Origin: an uncultured Planctomycetota bacterium
GTDB lineage: Bacteria > Planctomycetota > Planctomycetia > Isosphaerales > Isosphaeraceae
Length of the DNA: 64,000 nucleotides
Direction of reading: 5' to 3'
Assembly: GCA_963823665.1 (NCBI GenBank)
Contig: CAWGMQ010000004.1
Coordinates: 1,824,001-1,888,000, forward strand
Shown: piece after piece, positions 10,441-20,618 of the stretch
Layout of the letters: each line of letters starts with the position of its first letter
Numbering within the stretch: the first letter of the stretch is position 1
The notes under the pieces: model-generated
The model's database searches: none
What the model was told of the DNA's origin: nothing
The model's input: the letters and a program-made list of their open reading frames with translations, nothing else
Translations under genes and position numbers: made by a program

Positions 10441-10764
10441 TCGGTTGAGCGCCAGAATTAGCAGGAGTTGGGCTTTTGCGCTCGTCGGCACCCTTTTTTC
10501 AGCGGCGAGGAAGCGTGTGACGGCAGCAGGACAATGGAGCGGGGGCGGCGCGTCGAATACTCGCCGCTCGACGGCTCGCAAGAGCTTCGAGATCCGGGAC
10601 TGGCTTCCTTTGCCGAGCAGGTTTTCCTTCAGCGCCTTCGATTTCACCTGATTCCAGTCTCTGGTCGAGCAGTACTCGGCGCAGAGAGCGATCGAGTCGT
10701 CGACGGCCAAACCGGATTCGGTCAATCGTGCTTGGTATTTCGCCGGGCTTGAGGCATCGTTCAT
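10441..10764 (-). pseudogene. brxA: BREX BrxA (DUF1819-like) N-terminal half, joined to the pglX relic
   Basis: KYQARLTESGL..DWNQVKSKALKENLLGKGSQSRISKLLRAVERR pattern; stops abruptly at the pglX junction. Confidence 0.65.
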
Positions 10765-12184
10765 CGGGACCAACCGCGTAGGACTATCGATGGCGCGAGC
10801 GCCGCGCTTGGCTCGCTCGTGCAAGTTTTGTCGCAAGTGTACCAGCTTCAGCCGGATGAGGAACGAACCGATTGCTGAGGATTTCCAAACCAGGTGTGGC
10901 TGGGCGCGGGAACGCGGAGGCGTCGACATTTCGGTGGATCGTGTTATGCGCGGAGCAGCGGCGTCTGTCCTCGGTCAGTGCTAGGAGTGAGGCTCATCAG
11001 TTTTTCGTGGACGGTGGGAAGCGATGGGTAGCCCAGAGGCCCTCACCCCGACACTCTCCCAGAGGGAGAGGGAGAGGGCGCGGTTGGTCGTCGCCGGATT
11101 CCTCAACAAGGCCTGGATTTTTCGGTACGTTGGATGCGCAGACACGCTCTCAGGAATTTCGCCGGTCTCGCCTCATTTGATTCGCCATCGCGTACTCCTC
11201 CGCAAGATCGAATCCAATGTCGGCGGTTGGATCGATGATCTTGAACGCCGCGTACATGAGGCAGACCACAGTTCGCTTGACGGCGGTCTGTAGGTCCATA
11301 TTGGCATTATCCGCGGGGCACGGGGTTTTTCCCAGGCGGGGCTATCAACGGAGCAGGCTTACGCCGCTTTCACTGGGATCGTGCAATGTCGTCTCGGCGG
11401 GTCATGCTCGCAGCCATCGTCGGCCGCGATTAATCAGCGAACGGGAATGCCCCTTCGCGGAGAGCGAAGGGCGACAATGTTCTCGGCCGGCGCGTTGAGC
11501 AGAGGTGTCACTGGATGGCCTCACTCGTGGCGGCGCGGCAGGGCCCGTTGGCACCCGTCTGCGCCTTGAGTGCATGGCGCCGACGGAGCCGGGGGCGCGT
11601 GGACCGAACGGACCAACTGGATGCGGGAATCGTGCCGGGCGTCTTTGCCGACTCTTTAGCCGCATTGCGCAAACCGGGGTTGCGATCGAGTTCGTCGTTG
11701 CATCCGTTGCAAGCCGGATAAAAATCCCAGGTTTTCTGGTCGACGAAATGGCCGAATCGCGAAAGTGAGCCCATAATTTACATAGCTCAGTCTCGATCGC
11801 TGACACTGGAGTCGGCGCGGGGCATCACACCACCCATGTCTCTGGAACCGGGAATGACTGCTTCGTTTGCTCGAGCGCGTGCTCGAGGATCTCAGCTCTG
11901 CCTGACCACGCCTGTGCCGTGGGCAAAATGGGGCCGGACTGCCCTTGGGAACTGGGCTCGGTGCACGACGAAATCGCCCCGAGTTTTGAGCTGTGCCGAG
12001 CGTGGGACGGGTGTGGGCCACGGAGAGGGTGAGTCTTCACCGGGTGGGCCGAGGGATCACGAAGCGCGGCTGGTGGCGTTATCCTCTTTGGCTCTCAGCA
12101 TTTCCGTGCTGCTTCAGGGTGTTCGGGCCAGCGATCGGACGGGGTTCACGTCAGCGAGCAAAATGGGACTTTTTTGGGGTCAAT

Positions 12185-12212
12185 CGTCTCATTTCGTCTC
12201 ATTTTGTCTCAT
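12185..12212 (+). repeat. 10-bp-periodic triad (C/T)GTCTCAT, iteron-like
   Basis: Copies at 12185, 12195 and 12205, preceded by a T-tract. Confidence 0.8.
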
Positions 12213-12285
12213 CCACTTCTACTTAATTGGAGCGTGCGAGACATGTCTGGAGAGCGTAGCCACGGAATGCAGCAAGGGCAGTTAG

Positions 12286-13790
12286 CTCACGCAAAGGCGC
12301 AACGGCGCAAAGAAGAGGGGCTGCCCGAAAGAAAACAAGCGACAACCGGACACTCCCGGGCACGCTGAGGGCGATGACCGGCGTTCCCTTAATGCTTACG
12401 GGCTAAAGAGCATCGTCAAGTCTACAAAACGAACTCTGCGGCGAAGCAGGGGAGGCGGGCTAGTGAAATCGAACATGAAGATGGGCTCACGCAAAGGCGC
12501 AAAGGCGCAAAGAAGAGGGCCGCCGTAAAAGAAATGAAACGGCCAAGGCGGGATTCTGATATCGAAGACGAAGATGAGTTCACGCAAAGGCGCAAAGGCG
12601 CAAAGAAGAGAGGCTGCGCGAAAGAAAACAGCGACACGCGGACACTCCCAGGCACGCTGACGGCGATGACCGGCGTTCCCTTAATGCTTACAGGCAAAAG
12701 AGCATCGTCAAATCTACAAAACGAACTCTGCGGCGAAGCAGGGGAGGCGGGGTAGTGAGATCGAGTATGAAGATGAGCTCACGCGAAGGCGCAACGGCGC
12801 AAAGGAAATGGGGGGCGTCCATGAACAGAACCGGCACGTGGACACTCCCAGGCACGCTGACGGCGATGGCCGGCGTTCCCTTACTGCTTGCAGGCAAAAG
12901 AGCACCGTCAAATCTACAAAACGAACTTTGCAGAGAAGCAGCGGAGGCGGGCTAGTGAGATGGAACATGAAGATGAGGTCACGCAAAGGCGCAAGGGCGC
13001 AAAGAAGAGGGGCGCCGTAAAAGAAATGAAACGGCCAAGGCGGAATTCTGAGAATCGTAGACGAAGATGAGTTCACGCAAAGGCGCAAAGGAAATCACAT
13101 GCATCAATGAAAAGAACTGGCACGCGGAGACGCCCAGGCACGCCGACGGCGATGGCCGGCGTTCCCTTACTGCTTGCAGGCAAAAGAGCACCGTCAAATC
13201 TACAAAACGAACTTTGCAGAGAAGCAGCGGAGGCGGGCTAGTGAGATGGAACATGAAGATGAGGTCACGCAAAGGCGCAAGGGCGCAAAGAAGAGGGGCG
13301 CCGCTCAGGGAATCACTCGGCCGAGCCGGACTTCTGAGATGGAAGACGAAGACGAGTTCGCGCAAAGGCGCGAAGGAAATCGGGTGCGTCCATGAACAGA
13401 ACCGGCACGTGGACGCTCCCAGGCACGCTGACAGCAATGACCCGCGTTCCCTTACTGCTTACAGGCAAAAGAGTATCGTCAAATCTACAAAACGAACTCT
13501 GCGGCGAAGCAGCGGAGGCGGACTAGTGAGATCGAGCATGAAGATGAGCTCACGCAAAGGCGCAAAGAAGAGGGGCACCGCTAAAGGAATCACTCGGCCG
13601 AGCCGGACTTCTGAGATGGAAGACGAAGACGAGTTCACGCAAAGGCGCAAAGCGCAAAGAAGATCAGGTGCCTCAATGAAAAGAATCGGCACGCGGACAC
13701 GCCCGGGCACGCTGATGGCGATGACTGGCGTTCCCTTACTGCTTACAGGCAAAAGCGCATCGTCAAATCTACAAAACGAAATCTGGGGAT
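12286..13790 (+). repeat. Composite tandem array of 10 units headed by TCACGCAAAGGCGCAA.., long (A, 192-200 bp) and short (B, 85-94 bp) modules in the order ABAABABABA
   Basis: Unit heads at 12287, 12487, 12580, 12779, 12979, 13073, 13265, 13358, 13550 and 13635; no continuous ORF. Confidence 0.92.
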
Positions 13791-14017
13791 AAGCAGGGGA
13801 CGCGGGCTTCCTCGAGGACCAGGCGCGCGGCCTTGGCCTGGGCTGAGGTTCGCGTATGCAGCCGTCATTGCTGAGTCCGTGGCCGGCAGCGAGCGGAAGT
13901 CGATCAGTCGTGTGCGTTCAGTTGTTCCGGACGAAACATGCACGATTCAACACTGAGTAACTACTTTTTGCTCATTAATTGATTTTGGGATGATCAAGTG
14001 GTACAAGTAGCGATTCT

Positions 14018-14135
14018 TCCTGCGCCACACGTATCGAGAAGGCCAGCATCGAGTTGCGTCTAAGTCGTGCGCGCCCGATTATTCCTGCGCCACACCTAAA
14101 CCCAAGCGCCGTAAGGCTGTGGCGCATGTGGCGCA
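14018..14135. repeat. Inverted arrangement of 9-mers: TGCGCCACA x2, then TGTGGCGCA x2 in tandem
   Basis: Copies at 14021, 14086, 14118 and 14127, downstream of an AT-rich stretch (~13945-14010). Confidence 0.75.
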
Positions 14136-14211
14136 GAAAATGGGGGGCCGCAAAAGTTTTTCGAACGCCCGCTGCCGCGGGCGATTGGGCGGAGGACGGA
14201 AGGCCGGACTA

Positions 14212-14272
14212 AGAGTACGAGTACGAGCACGAGTACGAGCAGGAGTAAGAGCAAGAGCGAGAGTACGCGAGT
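14212..14272 (+). repeat. Degenerate hexamer repeat GAG(T/C)A(C/G/A)
   Basis: GAGTACGAGTACGAGCACGAGTACGAGCAGGAGTAAGAGCAAGAG; a similar tract in reverse at ~57353-57386. Confidence 0.8.
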
Positions 14273-14343
14273 GCGTTCCCGTAGTCCTTGTGGTGTAAGG
14301 ACGCGCGACGAATGTACAAAACGAACTCGGGCGCGACGCGACC

Positions 14344-15525
14344 TTACCGAGATGGGGCGTTTGTGCGCACGGATTCAGGTGCCTTCGCGGGCTCGCCGGA
14401 TTCAAGGTCGAGCGGCGTCCACGCGGGATCACCGCTGACCGGATTCGAACGCGCGATCTGGCCGCCGGGGAATTGCACTGAGTAGTCGGAGAAACGCAGG
14501 TCGGGTACGGCGTAATCGGTACTGATGAACTGCGCTCCGCTCGAGAACGCCTTCTCCCGTTGACTGACGTCATTCTTGCGCGATTGAACCGTATCAGCGT
14601 CGGCTCGCGTTCGGACCATAAAGCCCTCTTTCACCAGCTTCTTGATGCGATCGTGATCCTTGATCGGGTCGTTGATCTTGAACCAGGCAGCGGCGGCATT
14701 CTCCGGCGCAACCGTGGCAAACATCACCCGATCGCGGAGCGCGGGATGACCGTCGAGGTAGCCGTTTCGTACCGAGCCTTCGTTGTCCAGTGCGAACATG
14801 ACGAGCCCGCGCACGTCCTCGAGCTTGGGCCAGCCCTTGGACTTGATGGCCTCGGGCAAGCTGGCGAATGTTCCGCGGACCCTGTCGGGCGTCAAGATCT
14901 CGGCCATCTGGAAGACAGTCAGGATTTCGGCGTCCACCGAATCGATTTCTTCTTTCCCAAACGGAACGGGGCGCGCGGGCAAGCCGGGGAGAGCATCGCC
15001 CTTGAGCTCAACCAGGATCAAGATCGGCACGTGCCGACGATTGGCCTGCGACCATGCGCGAATCTGTTTCAGTGCGTTCACAAAGGTCGGGGCGGTCGTG
15101 CGGAAGTCGATGTCGGGCACGTGCAGGATCTTCAGGCCAGGCTGCCGGAGCGCACCGCGGGCGTCAGGGTCTTCACCCGGATCTTTTCCGAGTGTACGCA
15201 CCATCGCCCGGGCCACCGGCGAGGCGAAAAGACCCCCCTTGGGGTCGGCGTAGACGTCGAGCTCAACCTGCCTGATTCCCTGTTTCGAGAATTGCTCGCC
15301 CAGTGGCGGATGGGAGTAGTCCAGAGCCTGCGCTCGTTGAGGATTGCGTGCAACGAGCATATCCGTGATCGCAGGAGAGGGCGCGACGTGGTACGAGTTG
15401 TGCGAGCCAATCACTTGAATCTGGTTGAGTCTCGGCTCTTCGGCCCAGGCAAGAGCGCCGGCATGAAGCGAAGCAATCAGGCAACCCAACCCGCCGGACC
15501 ATTGATTCATTCCACGGAATCTCAT
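14344..15525 (-). CDS. Ca2+-dependent phosphoinositide-specific phospholipase C-like protein, secreted
   Basis: [53 protein letters not shown]; signal peptide. Confidence 0.85.
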   Translation of the reverse strand: MRFRGMNQWSGGLGCLIASLHAGALAWAEEPRLNQIQVIGSHNSYHVAPSPAITDMLVARNPQRAQALDYSHPPLGEQFSKQGIRQVELDVYADPKGGLFASPVARAMVRTLGKDPGEDPDARGALRQPGLKILHVPDIDFRTTAPTFVNALKQIRAWSQANRRHVPILILVELKGDALPGLPARPVPFGKEEIDSVDAEILTVFQMAEILTPDRVRGTFASLPEAIKSKGWPKLEDVRGLVMFALDNEGSVRNGYLDGHPALRDRVMFATVAPENAAAAWFKINDPIKDHDRIKKLVKEGFMVRTRADADTVQSRKNDVSQREKAFSSGAQFISTDYAVPDLRFSDYSVQFPGGQIARSNPVSGDPAWTPLDLESGEPAKAPESVRTNAPSR

Positions 15526-15781
15526 GCGAAGTGCTCCCCGAGTTCAAACGCTCATGGGCCAGCTATGCTCGATGACGCTGCCTGCGGAAAACCGGCTCGG
15601 CTGGAGCGTGCGTGGCGAGGCTGGCGCCGGTTGCCGACTTCCGCAAGGTTCGAGTGTCACCCCAAGCTTGACAGCCATGCGACCGCCGGTCCATATTGCG
15701 CTCGTAACGTGTCCAACGAGAGACATCGAGCGAACCTCGATTCATTCCATGCTGCGCGGCGACCAAGAGCCAGGACAACCC

Positions 15782-16174
15782 ATGACCGCCGTGCCCTCGG
15801 GATCGAAACCGGTCGACGACCCGAGGGTCTATCTGGCTGCCGAGCGCACGTTTCTCGCGTGGATTCGCACGTCGATCTCGCTCATGGGATTCGGGTTTCT
15901 GATCGCGAGGTTCGCCCTTTTTCTCCGTGCATATGGCCTTTCGAGCGGCGGGCCTGCCGCAACCAATCCAGGTCTCTCGAACACAGTCGGAGTCGGAATG
16001 GTCGGCGTGGGGGTTGCGGTCTGCGTACTCGCGGCTGTGCGTCACCGGGCATACATCGAGGCCCTCAAGAGGGGCGTCGGAAACCCTCCCCTGGATGTCG
16101 GAAAGTCGCTCGTGATCGCGGCTGTTCTAGCATTTGTTGGACTGGCCATCGCCATACACCTTGTCATGCTTTGA
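15782..16174 (+). CDS. YidH/DUF202 membrane protein
   Basis: [26 protein letters not shown]; three TM segments. Confidence 0.9.
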   Translation: MTAVPSGSKPVDDPRVYLAAERTFLAWIRTSISLMGFGFLIARFALFLRAYGLSSGGPAATNPGLSNTVGVGMVGVGVAVCVLAAVRHRAYIEALKRGVGNPPLDVGKSLVIAAVLAFVGLAIAIHLVML

Positions 16175-16187
16175 ATACGAGGCACCA

Positions 16188-17202
16188 ATGCAGCTCGGAA
16201 TGATCGGTCTGGGGCGGATGGGGTCGAACATGGTTCGGCGGCTCGAGCGAGCCGGGCAGGAATGCGTCGTTTACGACGTGCATACCGCGGCGACTAAACC
16301 GCTTGAAGGGGAGGGGGCCATACCCGCGACGACTCTGGACGAGCTGGTGAAGAAGCTCACCCCTCCGCGCGCCATCTGGCTGATGGTACCCGCAGCGAGT
16401 CGTCGATCAGACGATCGAGCAGCTCGTGGGCAAGCTCGAGAAGGGAGACATCCTGATCGACGGCGGCAATTCCTACTATCACGATGACATCCGCCGCGCG
16501 GCCGCACTCAAGCCAAAGGGAATTCACTACGTCGATGTGGGCACCAGCGGGGGCGTGTGGGGCCTCGAGCGTGGGTATTGCCTGATGATCGGCGGCGAGA
16601 CCGAGGTCGTGCAGCGGCTCGATCCTGTCTTCGCCGCACTGGCTCCCGGGCGTGGGAATCTGCCGCGCACGCCGGGCAGAGAAAAGGTCGGAGGCACTGC
16701 CGAGAACGGCTACCTTCACTGCGGGCCGAGCGGGGCAGGGCACTTCGTCAAGATGGTTCACAATGGGATCGAGTATGGCCTGATGGCCGCGTATGCGGAG
16801 GGGTTCAACATATTGCATCACGCCTCGGTCGGCAAGAAGTCTCAGGAAGTGGACGCTGAGACGACTCCGCTGCGAAACCCCGAGCTTTATCAATATGACT
16901 TGAATCTCGCCGACGTTGCCGAAGTCTGGCGACGCGGCAGCGTGATCGCGTCGTGGCTGCTCGATCTGGGCGCGCAGGCCTTGCTCAAGAGCCCGCAGCT
17001 TGGCGAGTTCTCGGGCCGCGTTTCCGATTCGGGAGAGGGCCGCTGGACAATCGATGCGGCCATCGACGAGGGCGTGCCTGCTCCCGTCTTGAGCGCGGCC
17101 CTGTTCGCGCGGTTCAGCTCGCGCGGCAACGATGACTTCGCCGATAAGGTCCTCTCAGCGATGCGTTTCGCCTTCGGCGGCCACATCGAGAAAAAGTCAT
17201 AA
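16188..17202 (+). CDS. gnd: 6-phosphogluconate dehydrogenase (decarboxylating, short YqeC type), frameshift ~16397
   Basis: [53 protein letters not shown]. Confidence 0.95.
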
Positions 17203-17219
17203 AATCCGGAGTGATCTCC

Positions 17220-18596
17220 ATGTCCAGGACCGCGATCCCGTCAGACGCCCTGGTCTTCTTCGGCGCTACCGGAGACCTGGCCTACAAGAAAATCTTCCCC
17301 GCCATTCAAAACCTCATCCAGCATGGCCACCTGGACGTGCCGATCGTCGGTGTTGCCAAGTCAGGTTGGGGGCTGGAAGACCTGGTCACCCGGGCGCGCG
17401 ACAGCCTGGAGAATCATGGCGGGATCGACGAGGCCGCATTCGCCACGCTTGTGGAGCGGCTTCGATACGTCGACGGCGATTACAACGACCCCGCGACCTT
17501 CGAGCAACTCAAAGAGGCGCTGGGCAGCGCCAGGCGGCCGCTGCACTACATGGCGATTCCGCCCAGTCTCTTCGGCCCGGTTGCGGAACATCTTGCCCAA
17601 TCCGGTTGCGTTGAGGACGCGCGGGTTGTGATCGAGAAGCCGTTCGGCCGCGACCTGACTTCGGCCCGCAAGCTGAACGACATCCTTCACGAAACCTTTG
17701 AAGAATCACGGATCTTTCGCATTGACCACTATGTCGGCAAGGAGCCGGTGCTGAACATCCTGAGCTTCCGGTTCGCCAACCTGTTCCTCGAGCCCATCTG
17801 GAATCGTAATTGCATCGACTGCATCCAGATCACGATGGCCGAGAACTTTGACGTGCAGGGCCGCGGCTCCTTCTACGAAGAGGCCGGGGCCATTCGTGAC
17901 GTCGTCCAGAACCACATGCTTCAGGTGGTCTCGATCCTGATGATGGAGCCGCCCGGAAGCAATGCACCTGATGGCATCCGCGACGAAAAAGTCAAGGTGC
18001 TCAGGGCCATTCGTCCGCTCGGGCCGGGCAGCCTGGTCCGCGGACAGTACCGCGGCTATCGCCAGGAAAAGGGAGTGGCCGATGAAAGCCAGGTCGAGAC
18101 ATTCGCGGCGGTGCGGCTCGAAGTGGATTCCTGGCGCTGGTCCAAGGTGCCGGTGCTCATCCGCGCCGGCAAGTCCCTCGCCAAAACCGCCACCGAGGTG
18201 ATGGTGAGCTTCCACTCTCCACCCCAGGAGACCGTGGCCCGGATGTCGATGGACCATTCTCACAATTATATTCGGATTCGATTCAACCCCGAAGAAATCA
18301 TTGCAATCGGCGCGGCAGTACGGAAAGAGGGTGAGACCGAGGAATTGATGCCGGTGGAAATGACGGCGAGCCGCAAGGCGGCCGACGAGGTGCCCCCCTA
18401 CGCCAGGCTGCTCCAATCGGCGATGTCCGGCGATTCGAGCCTCTTCGCTCGGGCAGACCTGATCGAAGCGCAGTGGGAAATCGTCGAGCCGGTGCTCGGG
18501 AATGTCACACCGCTCTTCTTCTACGAGCCGGGAAGCTGGGGTCCTCGCGAAGCCGACCGGCTGCTGCCTAGCGGCGAAGAGTGGCATAACCCTTGA
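17220..18596 (+). CDS. zwf: Glucose-6-phosphate 1-dehydrogenase
   Basis: GATGDLA, EKPFG, RIDHYVGKE, RDVVQNH. Confidence 0.97.
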   Translation: MSRTAIPSDALVFFGATGDLAYKKIFPAIQNLIQHGHLDVPIVGVAKSGWGLEDLVTRARDSLENHGGIDEAAFATLVERLRYVDGDYNDPATFEQLKEALGSARRPLHYMAIPPSLFGPVAEHLAQSGCVEDARVVIEKPFGRDLTSARKLNDILHETFEESRIFRIDHYVGKEPVLNILSFRFANLFLEPIWNRNCIDCIQITMAENFDVQGRGSFYEEAGAIRDVVQNHMLQVVSILMMEPPGSNAPDGIRDEKVKVLRAIRPLGPGSLVRGQYRGYRQEKGVADESQVETFAAVRLEVDSWRWSKVPVLIRAGKSLAKTATEVMVSFHSPPQETVARMSMDHSHNYIRIRFNPEEIIAIGAAVRKEGETEELMPVEMTASRKAADEVPPYARLLQSAMSGDSSLFARADLIEAQWEIVEPVLGNVTPLFFYEPGSWGPREADRLLPSGEEWHNP

Positions 18597-19942
18597 ACCC
18601 CTCCAGCAAGAATGCCGGCATGGGCGATACAAAACGATCACCGCACGTGGTGATCGTCGGTTCGGGGTTCGGCGGCATGGCAGCGGCGCATGGGCTGCGG
18701 CGAGCATCCGTGCGGGTGACGATCGTTGATCGTTCGAATCATCACCTCTTTCAACCGCTTCTGTACCAGGTGGCGACCGCTGCGCTCAGCCCGGCCGACA
18801 TTGCGGCGCCCATCCGCCGCGTTTTTCGCCATCAGTCGAACGTGAGCGTGCTGCTCGCCGATGCGACCGCTGTGGACCTCGGGCAAGAAAGGCTGATCCT
18901 GGCCGACGGCGTGCTGGATTACGATATTCTCATCCTGGCGACAGGCGTCACGCACGGTTACTTTGGCCATGACGAATGGGCGAAGTTTGCTCCGGGCTTG
19001 AAGACCCTCAAAGATGCGCTCACGATCCGGCAGCGGGTGCTGATGGCGTTTGAAATTGCCGAGCGCGAGCCCGACGACGAACGGCGCCGGGCGTGGCTGA
19101 CATTTGTGATCGTGGGTGCCGGCCCGACCGGGGTCGAGCTGGCAGGCACGCTCGCGGAGGTGTCGCGGCAGACGCTCGCGCGGGATTTTCGGCAGATCAA
19201 CACGGCCTCGGCGCGCGTGATCCTGGTCGAAGCCGCCCCACGGGTTCTCGGCGGCTACACGGAAGAGCTTTCGGAATCGGCCCGGTTGCAGCTTGAGAAG
19301 CTGGGGGTTGCAGTCTGGACTGGGATGAATGTCACGGGCATCGACGAGGAAGGCGTCACCATTGCTCGGGATCGGATTCATGCGAAGACAGTCCTGTGGG
19401 CTGCCGGAGTGGCAGCCTCGCCGCTGGCCGGCACGCTTGGTGTGCCACTCGACCGGGCGGGCCGCGTTCTCGTGCAGCCCGATCTGACGATCCCGGGGCA
19501 TGACAACGTCTATGCGATCGGTGACCTGGCTCACATCGAGCTTGACGGAGTGGTGGTGCCGGGCGTCGCGCCAGCGGCCATGCAGACCGGCTGGCACGCC
19601 GCCGAGAATGTCGCTCGCACGTTGCGCGGGCAATCGCGATTGCCCTTTCGCTATCGTGACAAGGGAATGCTGGCGACCATCGGGCGGGGATCTGCTGTCG
19701 CCAGGGTCGGCTCGATCAAGGCGACTGGGTTCCTTGCCTGGCTGCTCTGGCTGTTCGTGCACATCTTCTTCCTAATCGGTTTTCGCAACCGGCTGATCGT
19801 CATGATTCACTGGGCGTGGTCGTACTTCACGTTTGACCGAGGCGCGCGGCTGATCACCGAGCCCCTGCGGGAGCCGCTGCTGCGATCAACCTCGCACAGC
19901 ACGGAGAGTCACAGAGAGTCGAAATCGGGCGCTGCGAAATGA
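18593..19942 (+). CDS. ndh: Type II NADH dehydrogenase-like FAD oxidoreductase
   Basis: GSGFGG, HLFQPLLYQVAT, GAGPTGVELAG, YRDKGMLATIGR. Confidence 0.9.
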   Translation: MNPSSKNAGMGDTKRSPHVVIVGSGFGGMAAAHGLRRASVRVTIVDRSNHHLFQPLLYQVATAALSPADIAAPIRRVFRHQSNVSVLLADATAVDLGQERLILADGVLDYDILILATGVTHGYFGHDEWAKFAPGLKTLKDALTIRQRVLMAFEIAEREPDDERRRAWLTFVIVGAGPTGVELAGTLAEVSRQTLARDFRQINTASARVILVEAAPRVLGGYTEELSESARLQLEKLGVAVWTGMNVTGIDEEGVTIARDRIHAKTVLWAAGVAASPLAGTLGVPLDRAGRVLVQPDLTIPGHDNVYAIGDLAHIELDGVVVPGVAPAAMQTGWHAAENVARTLRGQSRLPFRYRDKGMLATIGRGSAVARVGSIKATGFLAWLLWLFVHIFFLIGFRNRLIVMIHWAWSYFTFDRGARLITEPLREPLLRSTSHSTESHRESKSGAAK

Positions 19943-20154
19943 GTACACTCGAGCATCCGCTGGTCTGTCGCCTTGGTGTTCGCGGACGCCCAGTGTCGGC
20001 CTTCGCTCCGCGACGGGACCTCCCAATCTCTGTCGCCTTGGTGTTCGTCGCGCCGGGGTGTAGACTGAAACCCGAGACCGAATGTCCTTTGGCCTTTTCG
20101 TGACCGCGAGCTCACCGCGGCTTGATCTTGCATCGTGCCGGAAGCGAGGGAGGA

Positions 20155-20586
20155 ATGGAAATCTTGGGAATCGGCACCGATATCATCGAATGCCCGCGCA
20201 TCGGCAAAATGATCGAGCATCACGGTGAGCTATTCTTGCGCCGGGTTTATACCGAACGCGAGATCCGTTATTGCCAGGCGAGGAAGCACGCCATCGAGCA
20301 CTTCGCCGGACGCTGGGCCGCCAAGGAGGCCATCCTGAAAGCGATGGGTACGGGCCGAAGCCATGGCATCTCGTGGACGAACGTCGAAATCCGCAACGGG
20401 CAGGATGGCCGTCCCCAGGTGCTGGTCTGCGGCGCCGCGCGGGAGACTGCCATCGCGCGCGGCATCGGCGATATCCTCATTTCGATTTCGCATTGCCGCA
20501 CCTATGCCACTGCATACGCCCTGGCACTGGGCCGGCCCGCGTGCCCGCCGAAGCCCTCGAGCGCAACGCTGCCGACGACGTCGTGA
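20155..20586 (+). CDS. acpS: Holo-[acyl-carrier-protein] synthase
   Basis: GIGTDIIE, AGRWAAKEAILKA, ISISH; GGAGG RBS. Confidence 0.95.
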   Translation: MEILGIGTDIIECPRIGKMIEHHGELFLRRVYTEREIRYCQARKHAIEHFAGRWAAKEAILKAMGTGRSHGISWTNVEIRNGQDGRPQVLVCGAARETAIARGIGDILISISHCRTYATAYALALGRPACPPKPSSATLPTTS

Positions 20587-20618
20587 AAACGACGCAGAGC
20601 TGTTCTCAAACGTGTGGT

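Noticed and set aside
11150..11299. 49-aa minus-strand ORF MDLQTAVKRTVVCLMYAAF...
   Set aside because: No RBS or recognisable motif; cannot be supported
12286..13790. CRISPR array
   Set aside because: Inter-repeat segments are homologous to one another rather than unique spacers, units are 85-200 bp, and no cas genes are present
12396..13792. ORFs inside the array (FAPLRLCV / QRRKGAK peptides)
   Set aside because: Translations of the repeat in several frames; no consistent frame or start
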